Below are positions 13,830-27,956 of a stretch of DNA of 64,000 bases, piece after piece. Made by a program: the position numbers and the translations under genes. The notes beneath the pieces are model-generated. The model ran no database searches. It was not told where the DNA came from and worked only from the letters and a program-made list of their open reading frames with translations. Numbering within the stretch: the first letter of the stretch is position 1; each line of letters starts with the position of its first letter. Source of the DNA: Piromyces finnis finn (Eukaryota; Fungi; Neocallimastigomycota); contig MCFH01000022.1 in the NCBI GenBank assembly GCA_002104945.1, forward strand, positions 752,382-816,381. The letters run 5' to 3'.

Positions 13830-15432
13830 AAATGATATTATATGTCAAGTATTGAAAAAGTTACATTTTGTGTATATCTTTTTTAATACACTACTTTTTT
13901 TTAACATATAAAATAGAAATAATAATATTGTAATATGTTTTATCCTTTAAAGTTTATCGATGGAACTATCTTTTAGTATTAATATTTATTATCAATTGAT
14001 TCTTATCCTTATTATTATTTATGAAACTCTAAATAATATATTTTAATATTAATTATTTGGAACATTTATCTACTAATATATCTATTTTATTTTTATATTA
14101 TATTATTAACTTTTTTTTTGTTCTAATATAAATATTGAATTGATATTACCTTTGTTCTCATTAAACCCTTATTAAATATTAAATTAGACATACAGATTCG
14201 GTAGAGTAATTAATAAAAATTATAATTTTTCAAATTTTATTTTATATTATTTTAGCCTACCAAAAGAACTAATTAATTTTTCTTTAAATTTAATTATTAT
14301 TCATTTTAAATTTAAATATTAATTAAATTATTAGTTTTAAAAAAAAAAAGGTAAAAAAAAAAAAAACTATTAGATTACTTTATGAAAAATATATTATTGT
14401 ATATATTGTATTATACTGAAATATGTTTATTCAAAAAAAGAAGAATATTTTTTCTTTCATTCAAAATAAAAAAAATTAAAAGGATGGCAAATAAAGTATA
14501 GATTGCCTTTTTTTTAAAAAAAAAGTTTTGTATTAAAAAAGAAAATAAAGTAATAAAATAAAAAAGAAAGTATATATATATATATTGAATATATATATAT
14601 AAAGAATAAAATCAAATAATACATATATACATGAATAATAAAAAAAAAAAAAAGAGTTTTATAATTTTTACAATTTAAAAAAAGTATGACTTTTAATTTT
14701 TAACTTTTACATATATTATATTTAATTAATATAAAACTCAATTATAAATTTTATAGTAATAAACTTTATTTTTTTTTAATTAATATAAAAAAAAAAGATA
14801 ATATTTTAATTTGGAAATTTTTATATTAATTATTATTCAATAAAAATTAACCATTTTATTTCATTAACTTTACCTGTGTTATTCATACCCTTTTTAATAT
14901 CATTATTATTAATATTTTTTTATAAGTTTTTAGTTTTTTATCTTTTTTTAACGCTGAGTTTTGTGTTTTCAAATTTTGTTTTTAAAATACTTTTTCATCC
15001 TATTGTTAAATTATCCATTTTTATTTTTTTTTTAAAAAAAAAGAATTTTAAATTACATATTAAAAGAATCAAAACTATTTTACTATATTATAATGAAATA
15101 CAATTAAACTAATAGTTAAAGAAAAGGACCAATAACAAAAAGATATATAAAGAAAAAAACTGAAAGCAATAACCTTTATAAAGAAATATAAATTAATAAG
15201 GAATAAGAAAATACTATACTATTAGAATAATAGAATTTATACAAATTGCAAAAAGAGGTAATTGTTCACTTTTTTTTTTAGTATTTTAAATTACAATAAT
15301 AGTATATAATAAATAACTTGAGAATATTATATAATAGAATATACAATAATATTATATAAAGTAATATTTAAATATATTATTAATTACTATATATTTATTA
15401 ATATATAAATAGAATTTTAATAGTGTAAAAAA

Positions 15433-17906
15433 ATGTTATTATCACTTTGTACAGGTAAAAAATATTTGAAAAATAAACACAAATATCATAATGAGGTAGA
15501 GGATGATTTTGACGAAGAAAGTATGGCACAAGTTATATTTCAACAAAAATATATTGACTTACCAGCTCATCCCCAATTTGATAATGAACTAGAAAATAAA
15601 AATAAGACAAAGGGTATTACTATCTATGTAGGTGGCCAATTAACACCTGCCATTCCACCAAATCTTAATTATTCTAATAGAAATAGTGGTGACATGAATT
15701 TCTGTCAAGAATCTTATGATTTTGATAATGCTGCTATTAATGATGAAGCACCACCAATCAAACCACGTAATGAGAGTTGTGGACAAAAAATTTTAGATAA
15801 TTTATCGCCTACTTCAGTAGGTGAAGATAGAAAAAGTATCATATCTCACAGACGTTATTCATCTCAAATAAATAGACTTTCTAATTCTTCATCTTCTTCT
15901 TATTCACATCATCAAGATTATAGCCGTCGTTATTCAGCAGGACCAGATAATTCATTTTATGGTAAAGCTACAGAACAGGATTATTATAATAATAACTATG
16001 ATAATGATATAATTGAAATGAATAATACTTCATACAAACCTAATAACAATGAAGATATTAGCCAAAGTATTCTTAGAAGACACGAAAATCAAAATTTAAC
16101 ATCAATAATGGAAGAAAATATAAATGAAAATAATGTTAATTCACATGATGTACCATATGATATGTCTAATATGAAAATTTCAGTTAATGAAATAAATGAA
16201 AATATTAATAATAATGATAATGACTATTCAGAAAGAAGAGAAAATTCTTCTTCTTCTTCTTCTACTTCAACCTCTTCTTCAAAAGAGTCATCATCAAAAA
16301 CATACGATTCTAATAAATATTCATCATCTGGATCAGTGACAGAAGAATCGGGTACAACTCAGTCTGTAACTGAAACGTCTGATACGGAAATTTCTGAAAT
16401 GCTTTCTAAATACAGTAAAACTATGAATAATAATGATTATAATACTAATAGTGGTTTAAATAATGATACAACCTTAAAGGATATGCCCAATCCAATAAAT
16501 AAAATTAATAATGAAGAAATACCGACTTTAAATAATAAAGATAATGATACCATAGAAAATGATATAGATACAATGAATTCAATGGAAAAACTTAAATATA
16601 TTGAATATTCCTATGACAGATTTATGGGTAATGCTCTTCCATCAGTAGCTACTAATAAAGAAGATTATACTAATCAACCAAATACAAAAATTACCGAAAA
16701 TTTAAATGAATATTCTTTACAAGATGAATCCTCACTATTTGATGAAGCCCCAAGAGAAATTAAAGCAACCTATCCAATTCCATCCCCAAAAAAGAAAATA
16801 AAATTATTAATATTTGGAACAAGAGATTCCTGGTATATTCAGTATGAGAATGGTGAAGAAGCATGGAATAATATTCCAACTTTTTTACAATGGAGATTAG
16901 AGGTATTTTTAATATAAAACAAATTAAAATAATTATATAAATGTATATTTGTATATATTCATTGGAATGGTTAATGTATAATATATAGGTACAAAAAAAA
17001 ATATATCCAAACGTTTTGGTTACATGGCTTTCAATGAGTAGTGATGGTTGGTGTTGGTTTGTACGATTTGCTGATGGATCAATTGCATGGCGTACTACAA
17101 TTGTATCCTTACATTTACTATTAGAAAAACATCATACCAATGGAACTGTATCTAAAGTAATCTTTTGTCGAAATAATAGATGGGTTGTTATCTTTTGTGA
17201 TGGACAAGTAGCTTATAATGAAATACCATATTCATTGGAATATGAATTGAAGAAATACCCTCATCACATTCAAGATGTTACAATTTCTGGAAGAAAGGAA
17301 TGGATAATTAAAAGGAGTGTTGTCATTAACGAAGACTATGACAATAGAGAACATCAAAAATCCTATTCAGTTCTAAGAAATGGATACTATACTTGGAGTA
17401 GTGGATTATCTTCATTTTTACAAGATAATTTAATTCATAGAAATAAAAATATAAAAAATATTATATTATGTTCTGGTACCAGTAAATCTTACTTCCTCCA
17501 ATACAATAATTATCATTCAGCCTTCCGTCATCATATGACTCTTACAAATGAAATTAACAATTTTAAAGAAGGAAGAAAACCTTATCTTAATCCATATAGT
17601 ATTCGATTTTCAACTCATACTGTATCCGTTCATATTAAAACAGATACTAATGTTAGAGATCTAGTTCGTGGTGTTAAGAGTAAATCTATATCGTTCGATC
17701 AACTTCCTGTATTAAGAGTTATCCAAGATCCAAGAGATGGTCGTTGGTGGGCATTGGATAATTATTGGCTTTGGGTATTAAAAGAAGCGGGTATAAGAAG
17801 AGTATCAGTTGAGATACTTCCATGGACTCGAGAATTCTTGAAAAGAGTTCGTGGTAAATGGGATGTTACTGTTATTAATGAAGATTATAATTCTTATGAT
17901 TATTAA
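15433..17906 (+). CDS. Uncharacterised protein of about 795 aa: low-complexity N/S-rich N-half, tandem Trp-rich beta-beta-beta-alpha repeats, C-terminal ParB/sulfiredoxin-like domain
   Basis: ORFs 15433-16917 and 17016-17906 join in frame through a phase-0 GT-AG intron 16903-16988. Repeats such as WYIQYENGEEAWNNIPTFL, WFVRFADGSIAW and WVVIFCDGQVAYNEIPYSL. C-terminus PYSIRFSTHTVS..LPVLRV..GRWWALDNYWLWVLK. CDS structure is well supported; the domain call is tentative. Confidence 0.75.
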
Positions 17907-18606
17907 CAATAATAATAATATTTTTTTTTTTTTAAAAAAAAAAAAAAAGCGGCCTAATTATTATTATAATTTAATTATTTACTTTTCAACTTCCTTCATT
18001 ATTTTTATTCATTAATATTATCTAATTGTCTATTATCATTTTTATTAAAACTCGATATATTATACTAATTATCATTTATCATGTTTCATATAACTTTAAA
18101 ATTTTGATGTTAAAATATATATATATATTACTATTACTATTATGTTTATATATATCAAGTTTTTTTTTTTTTTTTTATAAAAAAAAAATATTATTCTATA
18201 TAACTTTCACTACGAACAAATAATAATTTTATTACCCTTTTTAAATATAAATATATGCAATTCAAATATATAATTTAACATTTATAAACATATTTCTATG
18301 TTCAATCTTTGTATAATAATTATTTTGATTTTGATTTTTCTCTTCTTTATTAAGATTATTATTATTATTATTATTATTAAAGAAAATAAATTGTACATTC
18401 GTTTATCCATTTTATTAATTTCACATATTAATTTTATTTACTTTTTTTAATATTTTGACATTTATATGTGAATTTAATTTATAAATTTAATTTAACTTTA
18501 TACAAAAATATATCAATCATTATTAATATAATGAATTAATTATTAGCCCATTTCAATCATTCTACATATTACGTTATATTTATTTATTATTGTTGTTATT
18601 TGTGAA

Positions 18607-19613
18607 TTATTCAGCTTTTAATCCTTTTAAAGTCATTTGTTCTAAAACTTGTTTTAAAACAATGTTACTATCCTGAATATTCTCATCAATTTTGAAAAAC
18701 TTTATATTAAAAACATGAAAGAAAAAAAAAATAGTTATTATCTATTATACCTACTTTAAATTAAATTTTAAATTATTACCTTTTTTATTTTTTCTAAATC
18801 GGTATAGGCTGAAAGTTCACTTAAATGAATTTCATCCCCTTCAATAAATGAATTAACTTCTTCATTTATCTTTTTTATTGTATTACAAATTAATTTTAAA
18901 AATATTTAATTGTCATTTTTTCATTTTTTTATTTTCTTGTTTTTATTAAATAATGATAATAATAATAAATACCTCCATAGCTTTTACATCATCATTACAA
19001 ATTATAATTACTAAAGCAGCATCGCAATCTTTAGAAATTCCAAAAACATTATTTGCTTCATTTATCTTTTTTATATATTTAAAATTAATTTATCAATATG
19101 TTAAATATTCTTCAATATATATATTATTTTTTTATAACAGTTATTTTCATAATTTTAGCAAGAAAACATATTTTTTTAAAAAAAAAAAAAAAATTACTTT
19201 GGTATTTGGTGATAATGAAAAAATGATTTCTGAATTAACATTATTGGTTTTTAATTTTCCTTGACTTTCTAATAATGTAGCTTTTGATGCTGCAGCTAAT
19301 ACTTGAAATACATCAATAATCTTTAAAATATATATTTCCATAAAAAAATATATATATTAAATATATTATATTAAATATATAGATTTCTTTTAATAATTAA
19401 TCTTTTAAAAAAAAAAAAAAAAAGAAATTTCTTTTATTATACCATATGAGCATTAATAACAGCACAATTTGGTACTTTTTCATCGTTAGCTGTTATCATT
19501 TCTTGAAGTTCTTTCTGATTTTTTAAATTATTATATAATGAAATGTAAGCATTGGGTAAAAAATATATACCATTATCTGGTTTGATAATTTCTGGAAGTT
19601 CAAATTGCTTCAT
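18607..19613 (-). CDS. CGI121: EKC/KEOPS complex subunit Cgi121/TPRKB, 5 exons
   Basis: Spliced translation ..LYNNLKNQKEL..CAVINAHMIIDVFQVLAAASKA..GKLKTNNVNSEIIFSLSPNTKINEANNVFGIS..TDLEKIKKFFKI matches the Cgi121/TPRKB pattern (IIDxFQxLxAA, SEIIFxLSP, FGIS). Confidence 0.9.
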
Positions 19614-20823
19614 TTTTAAAATATTATTAATTTTTTAGAAAAAAATTTTTTTTTTTTGAATTTTCCAAAATATATAATTTCTAATGTATAATGTATTACA
19701 AATACATTATGCAATGATGAATGTATTTGTATTAATGTAATATGGATAATTCAACAAAACAATTTATTTATTATAAAATCTTTAATTAAAAATTTATATT
19801 ATTATTATTTACCTATTTAATTAATAAATTGTTATTAATTTCTTATTTATTATTAAAATTTTAAATTTATTTAATTTTAAAATATTAATAATAATAATAT
19901 TTCTTTTTTTTTTTATTATTATTATATATTTATATAATTTTTTTATTTTCTTTTTTTCTTATTATTAATTAAATTATTAATCCATTAATTAATTATAAAA
20001 AGAAGAAAAAGGTATATTATATATGAGTATATAATAGTGTTATTATGTAAAAATAACTACTTTATAAAATAATTAAAATTAAAAATCTTTTTGAATTGAT
20101 CACAAAAAGCAAAACATATTAAAAAGTTTAAATAATAATTACCTATAACAATCGTTTTACACACATTATCATTGAAAAAGAAAAGAAAACTTATTTAATA
20201 TCATATATTATCCATTTTAAATTTATTGTTTTCAATAAGTAAAAAAAAGAAAAAAAAAAAAGGAAAATTATTTTAACTATAAAATAGAATACATTGTTTA
20301 AATAATTCTAACATAATCTTTTTTAAAAAAATTCAAAGATTTGAAATGTTGAAAAGAAAATTAAAAAACTTTATAAACTCTATAGATTTAATGATTTATA
20401 TATACTATGTGAATACTAAACTTTTTACTTTTTTATATATACATATATACGTATCTTTATTATCTTTATATTCTCTGTATGAAAATTAAATAAAATAAAA
20501 CTGGAATAATAAATTATGTGAATATTTTAAATAAAATGTCTTATTTTCCAAAATAAAAAAAAACTCACATGAAAAAATATAAATGATTATTTTTTTTTTC
20601 AAATAAATGACAAAACACACGAACCTTTTTAATGTACTACAAATTCTTTCATGACATATATATCAACTTATAATCTTACTTCACAAAAATCTCATAAAAA
20701 AAAAAAAAAAAAAAAAATCTATCAAATGAATCAATATACCTTATATGAAATAAACAACATATTACAATGGTTTAAATAGATTCCTTTATTTTTTTTATTT
20801 TTATTATTGTTTTATAAGAAATA

Positions 20824-23231
20824 ATGGTTTTAGAAGCTACTGTTTTAGTGTAAGTTTTAAAGATATATTAACAATATATTTATATACATAATATTTAATA
20901 TGAATATGAAATTTCATTTGATCATAAAATATTGGAATTTATTTATTGAGTTTACTGTTAAGACAAAAATTTCCTTAAATAAAAATAAAGAAAATAATTA
21001 TAAATTTATTGAAACTATTGAAAATCAAAAAAATAATTAAAACTAAAATTGAAACAAAACTAATAATAATTAAAATGATATTTATTTTAATACTATATTT
21101 AAAAGTTTGGATAATTCCGAATGGATGAGAAATGGTGATTATACACCATCTAGAATAGAAGCTCAAAGTGATGCTACTATTTTCCTTTTTAATGCTAAAA
21201 CCCGTTCAAATCCAGAAAATACTGTTGGTATGATTACTATGGCTGGTAAAAGGTAAAATTAAATTTCTTTATTTAAATATATATTTAAAAAAAGAAAAAA
21301 AGTAACCATTTTATAATAATAAAATATATAATAATATATAATAAAAAATTTATATAATTTTATAGTCCAGAAGTTATGGTTACTTTAACTTCTGATATTG
21401 GTAAAGTTTTAACTGCTTTACATAATATTCAACTTTCTGGTAATGCTCACTTCACTACTGGTGTTCAAATTGCTCAAGTATTTAATGAACTAACTTTTTA
21501 ATGTTATATATTTTAATATAACCATAATATAAAAATTCATACTAATATTTAAAAATTTTACAATAATTTAATAAAATATTTGAATTATTAAATATATAAA
21601 TATATATATATTTTTAAAAAAAATAAAATACAATGAAACATAATGGTAAATCAATAACAGTTAGCTTTAAAGCATCGTCAAAATAAAAATCAAAAGCAAA
21701 GAATAATAGTATTTGTTGGTAGCCCAGTCATTGAAGACGAAAAAACTTTAGTTAGATTAGGTAAAAAATTAAAGAAGAATAACATTGCTATTGATATTAT
21801 AAACTTTGGTGAAGAAGAAGAAAATACCTCAAAATTAGAAGCATTCATAAATGCTGTTAACAATAGTGACAATAGGTATATAAAGATTTCAATAACAAAG
21901 CTATATAAAGTTGTTGTTTTTTTTTTTAAAAAAAAAAAAAAGGAATATTAAATATCTAATGAAATTTTCTTTTAAAATCATTATAATTATTGATATTATC
22001 ATTCATTATTTTTTCTCTCTAAAAAATTTGGCCTATCGATCCGCTTTTTTTTTAATAAAAAAATAATAACAACAAAAACAACAACAATAATAATAACAAC
22101 AATAATAATAATAATTAACTATATAAATGAATGAATAAATGATAATTCAATTCATTGATAAATAGTCATTTAGTTACTATTCCACCAGGTCCACATATTT
22201 TAAGTGACGTTCTTATGACTTCTCCAATTGTTATTGATGAAGATGGTGCTGCTCCATCTGGATTTGCTGGTGGTAATGATGACTTTGAATTTGGTGTTGA
22301 TCCAAATATTGATCCAGAATTAGCTTTAGTAAGCATGATATTGCTATTAATATTATTATATAATACTATAATAAATAGATCAAGACCCGTCAACTATTAC
22401 ATAAATAATAGTGATAATATTAGAAGAAAAAAACTAAATCATAAATAATTTAAAATTTTCTATAAATAGGCTTTAAGAATATCATTAGAAGAAGAAAAAA
22501 TGAGACAAGAACAAGAAGCTAAAAAGAAGATGGAAGAAAGTAAGACTGAAGCCTCTGGCAGTGATAATAATCAAGGTTTAATATCTACTGATGAAGATGA
22601 TATGCTTGCTAAGGCTTTAGCTATGTCAATGAATACTGGTGTAAGTAAACTACGGTGATATCATGTGATATTCAATAAAATATATTATGTTTAGGCATGG
22701 CTTAACCATTCTCAATATTTTATGCTTATTAATAAAAATATAGGATGATGATGTTCCAATGGAAGATTTAGATGAAGATGAAGATATTGCTAAGGCAATT
22801 GCTTTATCCATGGCTGAAGCTAATGTAAATAAGAAAAGATGAATAGAATAAATAATCAAATTAATATATTTATTTTTTTTGACATGAACTAAATATTAAT
22901 CAAAAAAAAAAAAAAAATAAACATACTTACCCATTAATAATAATAATAATAATAATATAAATATAAATATAAATATAAATATAAATAGGGTACTGCTGAA
23001 GATAATAATGATCAAGATTTAGCATCCGTTTTAACTAACTTACCAGGTAAATATTATGCCAAATATATTAATTTTTTAGACGGTGAATTGAAATTTATTA
23101 TATATTAACCTGAATTATAAACTAAATTTATATATTAAAATAAAAATAATCTAGGTATTAACTCTGAAGATCCAAGAATAAAAGATGCTCTTAAGGAACT
23201 CGAAAAGGACAAAAAGAAGAATGACAAATAA
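20824..23231 (+). CDS. RPN10: 26S proteasome ubiquitin receptor Rpn10/PSMD4 (vWA domain plus UIMs)
   Basis: [109 protein letters not shown], reconstructed across GT-AG introns. Confidence 0.97.
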
Positions 23232-24454
23232 ATAAATCAGAAATAAAAAACTTTTTTTTTTTAATTTAAATATCTTTTAAACCACAATTTATATATATAA
23301 TATATTATTAAATCAATTAATGATATTGTCATATAATATTTAGCAAAAAAAAAAAAAATAACTTTTTTGAATAAATAAAAAAAAAAGAAAAAAAATAATA
23401 AATTAACAAAAAAAAAAAAAAACATTAATAAATAAAATATATATAATTAAAAATAATAATAATAAAAATAAAAATCTAATAATAAAAAAAAAATCAATAA
23501 AACGAAAAAGAAAAATAATTATTTATCAATTGAATAATAGTAATAACAACATCATAATCATAATAAGTATTAAAATAAAAAAATAAAAATAAAAAAAAAA
23601 GCACTTTAAATAAAAAGAAGAAAGGGGGAAAGAATATATATAAAATACTTTTATGAAATAATATCTATAAAACCTAATGGGATTAAAAATAGGATTGATT
23701 TAAAAAAAAAAAAAAAAAAAAGGAGGGGGTTAAATTTCTTTTAGTTTTTTTTTTTTTTTTTTACTGAATAAATGAATAAATATATTATCATTTGGAATTA
23801 AAGTGCATTTAATAAAAAGAAAATAGGTAGTGATGCAATTAATAATAAAATCTTTATATTTATTTTATTTTTTTATTTCTTATTTTTTTAATATTTTTTT
23901 TTTTATCTCTAAAAAAAAAAAAAAGTTATATTGGTTTAATTTTATAAAATTGGTACAAATTATTAATAAATAATTATATAATAATTTTTTTTTATTTTGT
24001 TTTTTAAAATACATAATAGATAATAGAAGTAAAAATAAAAATTAAAAATGATAAAAAGCATTATAAAAAAAAAAAAAAAGGTATTTTATATTTATAATAA
24101 AATCACTTTGTTTGAATGGAAAAAAAAAATTGCTATATATAACTTAATTAATTATATCATAAAGGTACTAAAATTTTAATGAATTATTTCTATTATTACT
24201 TATTGCTATTATTATTATTATTGTTATTGTTGTTATTGTTATTGTTATTATTGATGGTTCTATTGATGTTGATGTTGTAATTACTATATAATTTGTTTAA
24301 CTATTAATTTTTAACTTTTAAATGAGAAAAAAAAAAACTTTTATAATTATAACAAAAATAAAAAATATTATCAATTATAAAACTATTTAAAAAAAAAATA
24401 AATATTTATAATATAATTTAGAATGAAAATCCAAATTTCAAATTTTGATATTAG

Positions 24455-24485
<31 letters not shown>

Positions 24486-25439
24486 ATGTATAACTGAAAA
24501 CAAATATATATGTCATTAATTACATATTTATGATATTTGTTTCATTTCTATTAATGCTTATCTAGAATTTTACCTTTTTAATTTGTTTAATTTTTTTTAT
24601 TGCTTTTTTTTTTTTGTTTGTTTGTTTCTATAATAATTAATGTAATATTTATGATACTTTATATAACATGTTTCATATATATATGTTATAATTATTTTAT
24701 TAATTTTATGGTTGTTTTCGTTGTTGTTTTGTTTTTTAAATTTTTGATTGTTGTTGTTGTTGTTAACTTTCTTTCTTTCTTTATTTATTTATTATAATGT
24801 TGTTATTTTTTTTCATTAATATTTGTTTTATTTTTTTTTTTTCGATTACCTATAATAAATTAAAAGAGGTGTTTTTTTTTTTAATATAAATTAATTTAAA
24901 TATTAAAATGGAAATAGCTTAAAAAATTTTAATTTCATTTATGTTTCAAATTTCTTACATATTTTTATGGTATTTCATTTCATTTTCATTGGTACTAATT
25001 TAATTGTTTTAAACTTTATTATTAATAAAAACAAAAGGAAAATTTTTGATGAGTAATTATTCTTGAAAAAAAGGTAGTTTTTTTTTTTTTTTTTTTTTTT
25101 TGTTTTTATGTTATATATAAAAATATTTATGTAGGATATAAGAAATGAAAAAAAAAACTTACTCAAAAAAAATATGCAAATTAAAATTGTAATTATTTAA
25201 TTATTTAAACGATAACTTTGATTTTGATAACGTAATTGACTTGAATTATTTTGATGTCTAGTATCTAATTGCTTTCTGATTAATGGAGAACGAGATTGAC
25301 GATCACTTTTTTTTTTTTTAAAAAAAAAAAAAAAGTTATATATAGATGTATTTGAATAATGATGAGAATTTGAAATAATTGAAGTAGGCATAGTAGAAAT
25401 TGTAGAGAGTTTAAAATTAAAATAATAATAATAAAAATA

Positions 25440-25470
<31 letters not shown>

Positions 25471-26352
25471 AGCATAAAAAAAATGTATATAGGCGCGTGT
25501 ATATATATATAGAAGAAGATAAAAAAAATAATAATAAAATTAGAAGAAAATATTATATATAAGGTTTGGTCACTAAAAATAAAATTAAATATCTTTAAAA
25601 TTTAGGAAATTTGTGTAAAGTATTAATTTTTTAAAAAAAATAAAAAATAAACTTATTTATCTCTTTCTTCTTTTTCCTTTTTTTTTTTTTTTTTTTTTTT
25701 CTTGACAAAAAATAAATATTTATAACAATTGATGCTTTAGTAGTATATGAAAAATATTTTTTTTTATATATATAAATTTTTTTATTTTTTTTTTTTTTTT
25801 TTGTTTTTGTTTTTGTTTTTTTTTTTTTTTGTTTTTTTTTTTTTTTTTTTTTTGTAATTTTTTTTTTCTTCATCATTATTGTTCTATTATTGAGAGAGTA
25901 TTTTAATTTCTGAAAAAAAAAAAAATTTATATACATAATATTATAAAGATTTGTTTTATGATAATAAAAATTTATACTTTATAAAATGTATTTTTTTTTC
26001 TTTCATAATTTAATATTTTTCATTGTTTATTTATATATCTATATAATAAAATTAATTACTAAAATAAAAGAAAAAAAGAAAAAAGAGAAAATAAAAAGAT
26101 ACTACAAATAATTGATTGTTATTATTTAAACTATTTTGTTAATATATATATATATATAAATAATTTTTTAAAGAAAAAATATTCAATTTTCTCTATTTTA
26201 ATAATATATTTCTTTTTTAATATCTATATGACTTTTATTTAATAAATATATTATTTTTATATTTATTTATATATATATATAGTGATTATGATGATATTAT
26301 TTATATATTTAAAAGTAATAAAAGGGGAATTTATCATATGTTTATAGATTAA

Positions 26353-27956
26353 TTACACTTTTTGTTGTTCGTTTTCTTGTTTCCTTTCTTGATTTTCTTT
26401 GTATTTTATAACTGTCCAATCGAAAACATAATCATAATAATATCCTTTATTGATAAAAAGATCTCTGAATAATTTTCTTAAATATGAATAATCTGGTTTG
26501 TCATCAAATCTTAATGAACGGGTATAGTTTAAGTAAACAGCGAATTCATTTGGAAATCCTCTGTTTTATAGTTATATATACAATTTAACAAGATTTTATA
26601 TAATTAGAAAAGCTCAAAATTTGACTTTTTTTATTCCATTTTTGGATAATAATTTGTACTCACCTGCATAATACTTCAGTTGGAGTAGTCATTTTCTTTT
26701 CCATAATACGGTCATACTTTTGCTTCTTAGTTACAGCCTTTAATCCTTGCCATGGTAATGAACCACGACAGAAGTACATAAAGACATAACCTAAAGCTTC
26801 AAGATCATCACGTCTTGATTGTTCTATTTTTGTATTGAATAAATTTAAGTCAAATTGTAATTATTTTTAAAAGAGCTTTTTTAAATTTTATAATTTCATA
26901 TATCAAACTAACCAACACCCAAGTGAGTATTAATACTAGCGTATCTAGCAGTACCAGTTAAATTTTTATTTTCTCTGTATGGAATATGAAGATGGGTTTT
27001 TGGATCTCTGTATTTCTTAGCTAAACCAAAATCAATAACATTTACTTGATTAGCTCTTCTACCAATACCCATGACGAAATTATCTTTTTGTAGAAAAGAT
27101 ATATATAATATACATTAAAAAAATTAATTTTCATGTTTAATATCTTTATATTTGGTAGTTTATATAATCTTATACTAATAAAAATATATTTTTTTTCTCA
27201 TTTTACCTGGCTTAATATCACGATGAAGGAAGTTCTTGGAGTGAATGTATTCTATTCTAGATAACTTTTATAATAAAAATGATTATTAATATAAACATGC
27301 CTTTCCAATACATTACACTATTTATTGTTTACATTTAATATTTTAATTTACTTACTAATTGATCAGCAAGAAGTAATACTGTCTTTAATGAGAATTTTCT
27401 GTGACAGAAATTAAATAAATCTTCAAGAGATGGACCAAGAAGATCCATAACCATACAATTGTATTCACATTCAACACCGAACCAACGAACAAATGGAATA
27501 CCAACTATTAAATTATGAAAGAAAATTATAAATAATTTACTATATAAATCATTTAAATTGCTGTAATCAAATTTTTATCCAACTTACCACCACCTGCTAA
27601 ACATTTATATACCTTAGCTTCATATTCTAATTGTGGATGTTTTGCTTTTACTGATTCTAATTTAATAGCAATTTCTTCACCAGTAATAACATTTGTTCCT
27701 GTATATTGAAGAATAAACATTTTAATATATATATAAATCATTAGATTTGGTATTTCAAAAAGTCTCTCAACAAAAACTACTTTGTTTATTTATATAAACT
27801 TTTGTCTTTCTATTAATACATAAAATGATAATATTTATTACCTCGATAAATTTCACCAAAACTACCACCACCAACCTTTCTACCTATCCGGTATTTATTA
27901 CCGACTCTTATGTCCATTAATCGAGGATTATATTCTGAAACTCTGGTTTGTTCCAT
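26353..27956 (-). CDS. HRR25: Casein kinase I (delta/epsilon, Hrr25-like), multi-exon; 3' end uncertain
   Basis: [120 protein letters not shown]. The stop at 26353 holds only if the GT at that point is not a splice donor. Confidence 0.95.

Noticed and set aside
22155-22448. Stand-alone ORF ending [13 protein letters not shown]..
   Set aside because: An internal RPN10 exon read through into the following intron.
25631-25936. Poly-Lys ORF and similar short ORFs (25197-25475, 24975-25166, 38404-38634, 42175-42423, 48937-49146, 53066-53405)
   Set aside because: Products of homopolymer and trinucleotide runs or antisense shadows; no family motifs.
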